Translations under genes and position numbers: made by a program | Source of the DNA: Acidimicrobiia bacterium | Lineage (GTDB): Bacteria > Actinomycetota > Acidimicrobiia > Spongiisociales > JAHEDJ01 | Length of the DNA: 64,000 bases | Direction: 5' to 3' | Assembly: GCA_029210695.1 (NCBI GenBank) | Contig: JARGFH010000011.1 | Location: forward strand, 1,010 to 65,009 | Shown: one piece after another, positions 27,050 through 36,514 of the stretch | Layout of the letters: the number at the start of each line of letters is the position of its first letter | Numbering within the stretch: the first letter of the stretch is position 1 | Notes under the pieces: model-generated | The model's input: the letters and a program-made list of their open reading frames with translations, nothing else | Databases searched by the model: none | Told to the model about the DNA's origin: nothing

Positions 27050-29113
27050 CTAGAACCTCCCGACGCTGACAACGTCTTCCTGGTCGAGCCGCACTACCGC
27101 ATGCTGGGACGCCAGCGGCAGCGACAACTCGAACGCGGTGGTCTCGTTGATCCGGTGGTAGCGAAGGTCGCCGCCCATGAGCCGGGCGAGTTTGCGAGCC
27201 ACCGAGAGGCCCAGTCCAACAGAGGCCGGCTGACCTACCGCATTGTGTGCACGCTGGTAGGCCTCGAAGATCGACATTTCCTGCCCGACGGGAACACCCT
27301 TGCCATCATCCTTCACAGCCACGACGACCCGGCCGGCGGCGCGGTACACCTCGATCCGTACATTGTCTCCGCCGTAGCGAGCGGCGTTGGTGAGCAGATT
27401 GCGGACGATCTGGCGGAACCGCAATCCATCCGCCCTGGCGGCATTCACGCCGATCGATACAGGCACATCGACGTGTCCTTCTGCCCCCAGCAATGCATGC
27501 CCCGACACGACGGTCTGGATCTCTTTGCGAATGTCGATCGTTTCCGGCTTGATCACCAACGTCCCGGAGTCTGCCCGGGCGCCGACGAGTAGATCCTCGA
27601 CGATGTTGGCCAGTTCCGAGCTCTGCTCCGAGATCATCATGAGGATCTCGTTGACCTCCTCATCGCCAAAGAACTCCCGATTGGCGACGAGTTCATGCGA
27701 GAGGCCAACGATGCCGGTCAGCGGCGTCCGCAGTTCGTGGCTCACCGACGCCACGAACTCGTCCTTGGACTTGACCTCTTGCTCGAGTTGCTCCTTGAGC
27801 CGCGTGAGTTCTGCAAGCGAGTCCTCGAGTCGCCCGTTCTCGAGGGAAACGGTGATGTGGCCGGCGAGAGTGGCCAGCAGCTTGGCGTCTGCGGATACAA
27901 AGGTCGAAACGTCGTCGAGGCGGTTGGCGACGAGCAAGTAGCCGAGTGGCCCGGACGAGCCTATCAACGGCGCCGAGACGGCATCCTTGATCTCAACATC
28001 GTCGGCGATTCCCCTCATCGCGGAGGCGCCGAGCACCTGGGCCGCCGTCTCGGCCATCGCCCCGGCGACCTCACGCTCGATCTCCGTCATGATCACCGGG
28101 AACATCCTCACTTCCGTGCCGTCCGACGTCACGACGGTTCGGTAGGCGAGGCGGCTGCCCACCTCAGAGAAGAGGACGATCTCGGCCCGTTCCGCGTCGA
28201 GCATAGAAATGGCTTCATGACATGCGATCTCAGCCGCCTTATCGATCTGAGGAGCGCCGTGGAGACGCGCGCTCGCTTCGTAGAGTGACTGGAGGCGGGC
28301 CCGTTCCAATCGTTGCGAGATGTACGCTCGGTATGCCACGTAGAGAACGGCCGGTGGGGCGGCCGCCAGCCAGAAGGCAGTCGGATTCGACCAGAGGATC
28401 ATCACGAAGATCAGGCCTAGGAACGTGTTGACGATCGAGCCCATCAACGTGAAGGCCAGAACCTCACCGATTTCCTTGAGCGTATTGCGGCTTCCGGACA
28501 TGCGGATAGCGATGTGCACGAGAACGTTGGCGATCGACACGCCGATCACAACCGCAATGAGCGCCGCCAGCCACTCGAGATATCCGAGGGCGCTCTCCCC
28601 GGCGCCCACCAAGCGGAAGATACCGATCGTCGTCGAGGTGACGACGATTCCCTGCGCGACGTTGAAGGCCACACGGACGGCCGACTGCTTCCGATGCAAC
28701 GTGAATGCCAGAAAGCTTCCGATCGCCTGGGCGGCGATGAGGGTGAGCGGCAGTGCCGAGAAGAGGCCAACGATCAGCGGCACCTCACTCATCGAAAATG
28801 AATGGGCGTTCTTGCGGAACCGCAGGTGCACGACCGCAATCTCGCCGAGCGCAAAGGCGGGAGCAAGCATCCAGAACGTCACCTCGACGGGCCCGCCCAG
28901 CCGATCGAACGGTGCAACTAACCAGACAATCTCCAGGCTGATCGCCATCAGCGGAATCGTCAGCATCCAGACGGATCCTGATCTTCGGGCCCCTCGAGCC
29001 CTGCTGGGTCCACTCGATTGTGCCGGTTTCATATCACGCTTTCGCGAGCAAACTCTGCTTCCGGTCGGCCGCGGAACAGCCTTCTTCAGGTCCGGGACGG
29101 TGGTGGAAGTCAT
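27050..29113 (-). CDS. Membrane sensor histidine kinase with a polytopic N-terminal sensor, a GAF-like domain, HisKA and HATPase_c
   Basis: Residues VSHELRTPLTGIVGLSHEL ... NLLTNAARYGG ... GLGLSVAR. The start is uncertain: the first ~50 aa are Arg-rich, and the Met at MLTIPLM is plausible. No cognate response regulator is adjacent. Confidence 0.8.
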   Translation of the reverse strand: MTSTTVPDLKKAVPRPTGSRVCSRKRDMKPAQSSGPSRARGARRSGSVWMLTIPLMAISLEIVWLVAPFDRLGGPVEVTFWMLAPAFALGEIAVVHLRFRKNAHSFSMSEVPLIVGLFSALPLTLIAAQAIGSFLAFTLHRKQSAVRVAFNVAQGIVVTSTTIGIFRLVGAGESALGYLEWLAALIAVVIGVSIANVLVHIAIRMSGSRNTLKEIGEVLAFTLMGSIVNTFLGLIFVMILWSNPTAFWLAAAPPAVLYVAYRAYISQRLERARLQSLYEASARLHGAPQIDKAAEIACHEAISMLDAERAEIVLFSEVGSRLAYRTVVTSDGTEVRMFPVIMTEIEREVAGAMAETAAQVLGASAMRGIADDVEIKDAVSAPLIGSSGPLGYLLVANRLDDVSTFVSADAKLLATLAGHITVSLENGRLEDSLAELTRLKEQLEQEVKSKDEFVASVSHELRTPLTGIVGLSHELVANREFFGDEEVNEILMMISEQSSELANIVEDLLVGARADSGTLVIKPETIDIRKEIQTVVSGHALLGAEGHVDVPVSIGVNAARADGLRFRQIVRNLLTNAARYGGDNVRIEVYRAAGRVVVAVKDDGKGVPVGQEMSIFEAYQRAHNAVGQPASVGLGLSVARKLARLMGGDLRYHRINETTAFELSLPLASQHAVVRLDQEDVVSVGRF

Positions 29114-29126
29114 ACGTTCCTTTGTC

Positions 29127-29408
29127 CTAGTCCCAGCTCAGTGCCAGCAAGGCAGCCCGGTTCGCCGGCATGTCCGCCACGAAGCCACCGATCACGCCGA
29201 GATCTGCGACCACCGTGCCGGAATGGTCTTCGACGAACCGCTCGGGCCCATCCCAAGACAGTTCGGTCTCTTGAACGATGAACCGCTGCGATTCCTGAGC
29301 CGGAGCCTCGGACTGAGGCATGAAAAGCACCGCAATCGCGATCGCCGAAGCCAACATCGCCGTTGCGATCCGATACCGATCGACGTTTCCAGGATTGGCG
29401 ATTTGCAT
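29127..29408 (-). CDS. Small membrane-anchored hypothetical protein directly upstream of the histidine kinase
   Basis: 93 aa with a signal anchor (AMLASAIAIAVLFMPQSEA). It lies 14 bp from the HK start and may be an accessory sensor partner. Weak support. Confidence 0.3.
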   Translation of the reverse strand: MQIANPGNVDRYRIATAMLASAIAIAVLFMPQSEAPAQESQRFIVQETELSWDGPERFVEDHSGTVVADLGVIGGFVADMPANRAALLALSWD

Positions 29409-29554
29409 GAAGACTCCCGGCCGTCCGTGTCCCTACCCGTCGGTAGCTCCGTTGTGGACTCATCGGTATCTCGCCAAATATCCGCGGAATCAAATGCAGC
29501 GCACGCAGAGTGACTAGTCTCACTCATCGTGGGACTCGACGGGTGGGCGCTTCC

Positions 29555-30553
29555 CTACCCCACGACCAGCACGGCCGCACCCGAAACTGTTCCGGAGTTG
29601 AGTGCAGCCAGCGCTTCGTTTGCCAGATGGAGCGGGAAGGTTTCCCAGGATGTTCGAATCGGGATCTTCGCAGCCAGTTCGAGGAACTCCACAACGTCAC
29701 GGCGAGTGAAGTTGGCGACGCTGCGAATCTGGCGTTCCAGCCACAGATCGTCGTAGTCGAAGGCAGGCATTCCATCCAGGTGAATGGCATTGATCGCCAC
29801 CGTGGCTCCGCGATCCAGCGTTTGCAGCGCAGACACAACGACAGAACCGACCGGTGCGAATGTCACCGCCGCATCGAGCGCCTCGCCCGGGTCGTCGCCG
29901 TAGCCGCCCGCCCAGACAGCCCCTAGATCGATGGCACGCCGCTTTTCGGATTCCGAACGTGTGAAGACAAACACGTCGCAGTTCCAATACGTGGCCACCT
30001 GGATGGCCAGGGACGCCGAGGCACCAAAGCCGAAGAGCCCCAGGCGACCGCCCGGCTGGATGCCTGAAATATGCAGCGAGCGGTAGCCGATGACGCCGCC
30101 GCACAACAGCGGGGCGAGATCCATGTCGGACAATCCTTCGGGAAGCCGGAACGCGAAGTCCGCCCGCACGTTGATCTGTTCGGCAAACCCACCGTCACGA
30201 TCCCAACCCGTGAAGCGGGCAAACGTGCAGAGGTTCTCTCGGCCGCTTGCACAGAAAGAACAATCCCCACACACACCTGCCATCCACCCCACCCCGGCCC
30301 GATCACCCACCGCCCAGCCGTCAACGCCTGCACCCACCGCCACGACCCGCCCGACTGCCTGATGACCGGGAATGATTGGCAGTCGCCTAGCCGGGAGGTC
30401 ACCCTCAGCGATCTGCAGGTCGGTGCGGCACACCCCGCAAGCCTTGATCTGGATGGTCAGCTCGAGCGGAGCGGGTCGCAGGTCGGCGACTTCCATGAGT
30501 TCGAGAGGATCACTCTCGATGAGAGCCGGCCGGGCAAGGCGCATCGCACGCAT
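29555..30553 (-). CDS. Zinc-dependent alcohol dehydrogenase family protein
   Basis: Residues CGVCRTDLQIAEG and GHQAVGRVVAVGAGV, plus the structural zinc site CGDCSFCASGRENLC. Confidence 0.85.
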   Translation of the reverse strand: MRAMRLARPALIESDPLELMEVADLRPAPLELTIQIKACGVCRTDLQIAEGDLPARRLPIIPGHQAVGRVVAVGAGVDGWAVGDRAGVGWMAGVCGDCSFCASGRENLCTFARFTGWDRDGGFAEQINVRADFAFRLPEGLSDMDLAPLLCGGVIGYRSLHISGIQPGGRLGLFGFGASASLAIQVATYWNCDVFVFTRSESEKRRAIDLGAVWAGGYGDDPGEALDAAVTFAPVGSVVVSALQTLDRGATVAINAIHLDGMPAFDYDDLWLERQIRSVANFTRRDVVEFLELAAKIPIRTSWETFPLHLANEALAALNSGTVSGAAVLVVG

Positions 30554-30608
30554 GCACCGAGTTTCGCAGAAGAACTCGCGACCCGCGACTAGCAACTCGC
30601 GACCAGCG

Positions 30609-31409
30609 CTACATGTCTTCAGTCGCTCCGAACGACTCGTGCTTCACGATGACCCGTCCGGCTTCTGTTGCGATTTCCGGTTCTATCCTCGGCGGAGTCT
30701 GCCCGGTAGCCCATTCGACGGCTTGACTTGCCGTTCGATGGGAGCCGAGCTGTTCGAGGTTCTTTCGAGTGGGAAGGATGACCATGGCCCGTCCCTCCGC
30801 AGCCGCGGTCAACGCTCGGGCCGGGGTGGTCCACACTGAGTGCACGGTCTCAACGTCGTCGTGGCCGGCTTGCTGGCCCTCGGGTGCAACGGCGACGAAG
30901 AACCGGGTGTCGAAACGCCGGTGCACGCCTTGGGGTGTCACCCACCACGACCACCAGACCAGCGCACCCAGGTCCAGGACCAACCGCTCGGCGATGAGCC
31001 ACTCCGTCCAGTCCCAGCGGGTCTCCCGGGAGTTGAGGCGCTCCCTCGCCTGTGCGAAAGAGGCGGTTGCCAGGTCCTCCGCCGACACTCTCTTGCCTTC
31101 TCGCCTGGCAAACAGGAGCCCTCCTTCTTCGAAAGTCTCCCGTACGGCCGCAACGTACAAGCCGAGGCAAAGGCGGGCATCAACGCCCATCCGGGCGGCT
31201 TCTGTGGCGGGATCAATCCCCTCCCAGAGGGAGCCGTCGAGGTGGTCGCCGACGTCGAGTTTCCCGCCGGGAAAGACGTATGCGCCCCCGACAAAGTCGG
31301 AGTCGAGATGTCGTTCGAGCATCAGCACTTCAACGCCATCGGCACCATCGCGCAGCACCATGACGGTTGAGGCGTCCACAGGATCGACGGGTTCGGCTGG
31401 TTTCATCAT
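30609..31409 (-). CDS. NUDIX hydrolase
   Basis: Nudix box GGKLDVGDHLDGSLWEGIDPATEAARMGVDARLCLGLYVAAVRETFEEGG. Start uncertain (31409 or 31490). Confidence 0.7.
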   Translation of the reverse strand: MMKPAEPVDPVDASTVMVLRDGADGVEVLMLERHLDSDFVGGAYVFPGGKLDVGDHLDGSLWEGIDPATEAARMGVDARLCLGLYVAAVRETFEEGGLLFARREGKRVSAEDLATASFAQARERLNSRETRWDWTEWLIAERLVLDLGALVWWSWWVTPQGVHRRFDTRFFVAVAPEGQQAGHDDVETVHSVWTTPARALTAAAEGRAMVILPTRKNLEQLGSHRTASQAVEWATGQTPPRIEPEIATEAGRVIVKHESFGATEDM

Positions 31410-31448
31410 CGGCGAGTGTATCCACAGTCGAACGGGCGAAAGACAGGA

Positions 31449-32300
31449 ATGCTGCTGCGCCGTGGCACGTTGAAGGCTTCGAACCCACAACCCACGGAGC
31501 CATTCGTGAATCTCTCAACTCTGCCTGCCGCCTCCGACTCGGTGTCCGCTCTGCATGCCTACAGCCGCATCCTCGGAACCATCCGGGCTGCCCGAAGCGA
31601 GCCTCACCCCCGCTGGTGGCATGCCTCACTCGAGATCGGCGAGGCCGGCCTTGAAACCGGAGCCTTCCCGCTCGGCGACGGGAGTACCGGCCATCTTATC
31701 CTGGATCCGGCCGCCGGGTTGATTACAGGTACCGGCGTCCACGGTCCTCTGGAGGTGGCCCTGGGTGGCCCGGCCGCGGTCGTGGGTCGCCAGACGATGG
31801 ACAGACTCGGGGGCGACTTCGACATCGATCCGAAGAGGTGGGATGTCGTAGCCGTCAAGGGGTTTACACCCTCGGAAGCGGCCAACTACCACATCACCCT
31901 CAAGGCGGTTCGGGACGCAATCGGCGAGTTCCGGGACGGTCTCACGGGTGACCTGGGCCCGGTTCAGCTGTGGCCACACCACTTCGATGTGTCCTTTGAA
32001 TGGTTCAGCCAGGGGGTCGAGGTATACGAGGAAGAAGACGGCCCGAAGGAGTACAGCAAGCAGATCGGGTTCGGATTCAGTCCGGGAGACGAAGGCGAAC
32101 CGCAGCCCTATTTCTATGCCAACCCGTGGCCGTTCGACGAGTCGTTTAGAACGATCGAACTGCCGCCGGGCGCGTCGTGGCACGGGGAAAGTTGGTCCGG
32201 CGGGTTCCTGCCGTATGCCGCATTGATCGAAGGCGGATCCGACCTGCTTTTCACCTTCCTACGGGCGGTCTATGAGGGGACGCAAGAGGCGTTGTCGTAG
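31449..32300 (+). CDS. Hypothetical conserved protein (no recognised motif)
   Basis: Long ORF with good codon bias. The start is uncertain: the first ATG, at 31416, would sit 6 bp from the divergent NUDIX gene. Confidence 0.45.
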   Translation: MLLRRGTLKASNPQPTEPFVNLSTLPAASDSVSALHAYSRILGTIRAARSEPHPRWWHASLEIGEAGLETGAFPLGDGSTGHLILDPAAGLITGTGVHGPLEVALGGPAAVVGRQTMDRLGGDFDIDPKRWDVVAVKGFTPSEAANYHITLKAVRDAIGEFRDGLTGDLGPVQLWPHHFDVSFEWFSQGVEVYEEEDGPKEYSKQIGFGFSPGDEGEPQPYFYANPWPFDESFRTIELPPGASWHGESWSGGFLPYAALIEGGSDLLFTFLRAVYEGTQEALS

Positions 32301-32399
32301 GGTTGCGGACGGCGAGCCGAGGTATGCCCCCTCTGCCTCGAAGACTCTGCATCTCCCCCGACTGGGACGTCGGGGGAGAAACGCGACTGCGAGCGCTGG

Positions 32400-33032
32400 C
32401 TACACAATCCTTCTGTCGCTTGCCCAGCGAGCCAGTTCGTAGCGGCTTGACAGCTGCAGTTTGCGGAGGACTGCCGAGACGTGCGACTCCACCGTCTTGA
32501 CGGAGATCGACAACTTCGAGGCAACCTGCTTGTACGCATAACCGCGAGCGATCAAGCGCAGCACCTCGCGTTCACGCGACGTCAACTGGTCCAGTTCGGG
32601 ATCGACAATGGTGGGAACCGTATCTGCGAAAGCATCGAGAACGAAACCGGCCAGGCGTGGCGAGAACACGGCATCGCCGTCATTCACTCTGCGGATGGCA
32701 TCGGCCAGCTCCGCAGGCGCGATCGACTTCGTGACGTATCCGCGCGCTCCGGCGCGAATCATGGCGATTACGTCCTCTGCCGCGTCCGAGACCGACAACG
32801 CCAGGAACTTCGTCTCAGGGTGTGTCTCCAGGACGGCACCGACCACAGCCAGGCCCCCACCGCCGGGCATATGAACGTCCACCAAAACGACGTCTGGAGC
32901 CGTCGCCCGGATCTTCTCGACTGCGTCGTCCACGTCCGATGACACGCCGGCCAGTGTGAACACCTCACTCAACTCGGCCCTCACCCCCGACAGGAAGAGT
33001 TGATGGTCGTCCACCAGGAATACATCGATCAT
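32400..33032 (-). CDS. NarL/FixJ (LuxR-type) response regulator
   Basis: Receiver VFLVDDHQLFLSGV ... DVVLVDVHMPGGGG, plus LuxR HTH LTSREREVLRLIARGYAYKQVASKLSISVKTVESHVSAVLRKL. Confidence 0.9.
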   Translation of the reverse strand: MIDVFLVDDHQLFLSGVRAELSEVFTLAGVSSDVDDAVEKIRATAPDVVLVDVHMPGGGGLAVVGAVLETHPETKFLALSVSDAAEDVIAMIRAGARGYVTKSIAPAELADAIRRVNDGDAVFSPRLAGFVLDAFADTVPTIVDPELDQLTSREREVLRLIARGYAYKQVASKLSISVKTVESHVSAVLRKLQLSSRYELARWASDRRIV

Positions 33033-34399
33033 GTTCGCCTCACAGACATGTGCACTTCGGTTCCTTCCCCCGGCTCGCTGGTAATGGTTGCCTCACCTCC
33101 GGCCCGCTCCATACGGCCGATGATCGATTCCGAAATCCCTTTTCGGTCCGGATCGGCGCCGTCAAGGATGAATCCCTTACCCTGATCAGAGACGAAGACA
33201 TCTGCGATAGCGTCGTCAGCTTCGGCGAACACCGAAATCAGGTTCGCACCCGAGTGACGCGCTGCATTCGTAATGGCTTCGCCGGCCGCAGCCACCAACG
33301 CCCGGACGGCATCATCCATCGGAGCGTCGCCAACGATCACGACATCGATCGGGATTTGATGAGCAGACTCGAGTCGCGCTGCCGCACTTTCTAGTGCCGA
33401 TCTCATCGTTTCTCCATCCGGAGAAGGCTCGGGGCCGTAGAGCCAGCCGCGCAACTCACGTTCCTGCTGACGGGCCAGCATCGACATCGATTTCGGATCA
33501 TCGGTCCGCTGCATGAGAGCAAGAGTCTGCAACACCGAATCGTGGAGGTGAGCCGCCATTTCGGCCCGTTCATCGGACCGAATTCGCTCGCTGCGCTCGG
33601 CGCCGACTTGTCCCACCAGCCGCCAGACCCAGGGTCCGAAAACGAGCAGGATTCCGGCAATCGTCATTCCCACCGCCAGCGCAACGTTGCCAACGAGAGC
33701 GTTGGCATCAACGGAGTTGAGGTAGATGGCCAAACCTCCGGTCATGAACACGCCACCGGCCAGGATCCTCAACGCGACAGATCTCCAGTTCCCGCCCTCA
33801 CCCGTGAACGTCTGTGTCGCCCAGCGACTCCGACGTGACGGATCGACGCGCGACCAACTCAGAGCAAACCCGAAAGAAATGAAGGTCGCCGACCACGCCA
33901 AGGAGTCGCCGAACCAGATCCCCAAACTCCGCAGCATCAAGAACACTCCACCGAACAGCACCCAGAGGGCTAGTCGCTGGCGGGGCAGTTGAGCGGCGAA
34001 ACGGTCCTTCAGCGCGGCCAGCCGTTCGGGCGATATCTCATCGAGCGACATCACCCACAAGACGGCGTACAGCAGTATCCCGATGCCTCCAGCAAAAGCG
34101 AGCGACACGAAGGCTGCCCTGACGTACACGGCCTCGATCTCGAGAACGTCGGCGATCCCCGCGCTGAGGCCGGCCACCATGCGCTCATCCTGATTGCGGA
34201 CGAACGCGAAGCGCCATCCGGGCGCCTGGTCGGGAGTCTGGTCGGAGATCGATTCCTCCTCTGGGTTACGCGAGAATGATCGCACAGCAGCAGCAACCTC
34301 CCAACAAGGGATCCCCCTGAGAAAACCCTGATGTATCAGGGCTTCCCTGGGGCCATACCTCATAGACGGGACGGCTCTCGTGCAGGACGATGCACCCAT
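33029..34399 (-). CDS. PspC-domain sensor histidine kinase (HisKA_3 / LiaS-NarX class)
   Basis: N-terminal PspC domain (RMVAGLSAGIADVLEIEAVYVRAAFV), several TM segments, H-box AAHLHDSVLQTL, C-terminal HATPase_c. Overlaps the response-regulator gene by 4 nt. Confidence 0.8.
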   Translation of the reverse strand: MGASSCTRAVPSMRYGPREALIHQGFLRGIPCWEVAAAVRSFSRNPEEESISDQTPDQAPGWRFAFVRNQDERMVAGLSAGIADVLEIEAVYVRAAFVSLAFAGGIGILLYAVLWVMSLDEISPERLAALKDRFAAQLPRQRLALWVLFGGVFLMLRSLGIWFGDSLAWSATFISFGFALSWSRVDPSRRSRWATQTFTGEGGNWRSVALRILAGGVFMTGGLAIYLNSVDANALVGNVALAVGMTIAGILLVFGPWVWRLVGQVGAERSERIRSDERAEMAAHLHDSVLQTLALMQRTDDPKSMSMLARQQERELRGWLYGPEPSPDGETMRSALESAAARLESAHQIPIDVVIVGDAPMDDAVRALVAAAGEAITNAARHSGANLISVFAEADDAIADVFVSDQGKGFILDGADPDRKGISESIIGRMERAGGEATITSEPGEGTEVHMSVRRT

Positions 34400-35576
34400 G
34401 ACAAACGAAACAAACCTCCAGCAGCCTCCTGCCGGCGCCGATGAGCAGCCGGCAGGTGGTGGTGAAAGGGGTACTCGCCCACCCCTCCGTCGAGAACACG
34501 GGATACTGGGCGGAGTTGCCGCCGGCCTCGCACGCTACTTCGACGTAGAGCCGTGGATCATCCGGTTGGTATTCCTCCTCCTATTGTTCCCCGGTATCGG
34601 CGTTCTCTTGTATGCGGCCGGATGGCTCTTGATCCCTGCCGCCGGAACAGACGAGTCGATCGGTGAACGGTGGCTGTCCAAGTTCGGCGGTGAAAATGTG
34701 GTCGGAACCGTCCTGATCGTCCTGGCCGGGATCTGGTTGTTGACGATGCTCAGCGACGGGGCCGGAGGTTTCGGCCTGGCAGTCGCCTTGTTGATCATCG
34801 GTGTGCTCCTCTTTCGGGGAGACCTCGGATCCAAGAAGAGCGCGGACGGTTCGCCCGCCGCGCCCGCACAATATGTCACCCCGACCAAGACGGGAGAAAT
34901 CATGCCTCCACTTCCACCGTCCCCCACTCTGCAGGTCTCCACTCCGCCACCTCCACCCAAGCCGAAGCAGCCACCCTCCATGCTGGGCAGGCTGACCTTG
35001 GCAGCGGTGCTGGTGGGTACCGGCGTCATGGCGATCTTCGAAACGGTCGGCACCATCGAACCTTCGAGCCGCCATTACCTGGGCCTCGCCCTGGCCATCA
35101 CGGCAGCCGGCCTCCTCGTCGGGGCGGTCTGGGGTCGCTCCCGGGCCCTGATCGCACTCGGCCTGGTGCTTCTGTTCGCCCTGGGCGGAGCATTGGCGAC
35201 CGACATCGTGACCGATATCGAAGCCACCACCGCGATCTACGCTCCGGTTCTGGTCGCAGAGATCCAGCCCACCTACCACCTCGACGCCGGAAGTCTGGTC
35301 CTCGATTTCAGTGACGTGAACCTCGAAGGCCGATCGGTCGACGTGCGGGCCGATATCGGTGCCGGGCAGATCGAAGTGATCCTCGGTGCCGATCAGGGAG
35401 CAGATATCAATGCACGCACAGGCGTCGGACGCGTCGAGATCCTCGGAAGGTCGAGCGAGGGACTCGGTGTCGGCCGCAGCGACGATCTGCGCGGCACGTC
35501 CGGAACATTGATCCTGGACCTCGACGCAGGAGTCGGCGAGATAGTTGTCACGCAGCAAGGGATTCAGGAGGGATGA
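34398..35576 (+). CDS. PspC-domain membrane protein (divergent partner of the PspC-HK/RR pair)
   Basis: N-terminal PspC domain GVAAGLARYFDVEPWIIRLVFLLLLFPGIGVLLYAAGWLLIP, then TM segments and a Pro-rich linker. Confidence 0.75.
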   Translation: MTNETNLQQPPAGADEQPAGGGERGTRPPLRREHGILGGVAAGLARYFDVEPWIIRLVFLLLLFPGIGVLLYAAGWLLIPAAGTDESIGERWLSKFGGENVVGTVLIVLAGIWLLTMLSDGAGGFGLAVALLIIGVLLFRGDLGSKKSADGSPAAPAQYVTPTKTGEIMPPLPPSPTLQVSTPPPPPKPKQPPSMLGRLTLAAVLVGTGVMAIFETVGTIEPSSRHYLGLALAITAAGLLVGAVWGRSRALIALGLVLLFALGGALATDIVTDIEATTAIYAPVLVAEIQPTYHLDAGSLVLDFSDVNLEGRSVDVRADIGAGQIEVILGADQGADINARTGVGRVEILGRSSEGLGVGRSDDLRGTSGTLILDLDAGVGEIVVTQQGIQEG

Positions 35577-35842
35577 TGATGCAAGAACGACATCCACTCG
35601 ACATACTGTCATTGGTGTTTGGCCTGCTGTTCGCGGCCCTGGCGGTTCCGGTACTCGTGAGCGACACCCCGTGGGACTTCGACGCCGGATGGGTCGTTCC
35701 GGGCGTGATCGTTGCGATCGGCCTGGTCATCGGTGCCAGCGCATTTCGCAAGCGGGCAAACCCCGATGGGATTGATCCCACGGCCGCTCCCGCCGTAGTG
35801 GCGGCCATGGGCGAACTACCGGAGTCCCCGGATTTCAACTGA
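35573..35842 (+). CDS. Small two-TM membrane protein translationally coupled (ATGA) to the PspC-domain gene
   Basis: 89 aa. The start overlaps the upstream stop. Confidence 0.5.
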   Translation: MMMQERHPLDILSLVFGLLFAALAVPVLVSDTPWDFDAGWVVPGVIVAIGLVIGASAFRKRANPDGIDPTAAPAVVAAMGELPESPDFN

Positions 35843-35921
35843 GCCCGAGTTGTCGAGACAACCCGGCGTCCCCTAGGCGCCGGGTTGTCTTCGTTGCGGA
35901 TTTCCCTCCGATGGACGACGG

Positions 35922-36473
35922 TCAGGCGTCGAAACAAGCCTCCGTTGACCAAGCGCCCTCGCTCCCGCCTGCATCAACCGCCGAGATGCGGTAGCACGTC
36001 TTCCCGACCGTCAGGTCGCGCTCGAAATCGATGAACCCTGCCCGGCCCGGCGAGTGAGCCGAATCTCCCGGCGACACGATACGCAGGAATGCATATGGAC
36101 CACCCGGAAGGTCACTGAAGTAGACGTTGTAGTGGTCCAGATCAGATTCGGGGTTGTGGTCCCATGTCACGCTCACCTCGCCACTTCCGCCGCCAGTTCC
36201 GACCGTGACACCGGTCACGGCGCCGGGCGGCGGGTCCGGCACCGTCGAGGTGGTAGCGGTCGTGGTGGTGGTGGTGGTGGTGAAGGTCGAGGTAGTCGTC
36301 GTTGACGCGATGGTCGTTGAGGTGGTCGACGTCGAAGTGCTCGACCTACTCGTGACCGTCGTGAGTTCGACGGTGGTGGTGCTGGGCGAGGATTCGCCTC
36401 CTGCCGTCGTCACCGTCGTCGGTCCGCACGCCGCCACCATCATGAGCAGAAGGATCAAGGGCCATGCTCGCAT
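35922..36473 (-). CDS. Lipoprotein with a Ser/Thr-rich linker and a C-terminal fibronectin type III-like domain
   Basis: Signal peptide/lipobox LLLMMVAACG. About 60 residues of poly-S/T encoded by the (ACC/GGT)n tract at 36241-36262. Fn3-like VSVTWDHNPESDLDHYNVY...CYRISAVD. Confidence 0.6.
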   Translation of the reverse strand: MRAWPLILLLMMVAACGPTTVTTAGGESSPSTTTVELTTVTSRSSTSTSTTSTTIASTTTTSTFTTTTTTTTATTSTVPDPPPGAVTGVTVGTGGGSGEVSVTWDHNPESDLDHYNVYFSDLPGGPYAFLRIVSPGDSAHSPGRAGFIDFERDLTVGKTCYRISAVDAGGSEGAWSTEACFDA

Positions 36474-36514
36474 ACAGCAAGCCTTGCACATTGATAGTCG
36501 CTAACGTCGGATCC

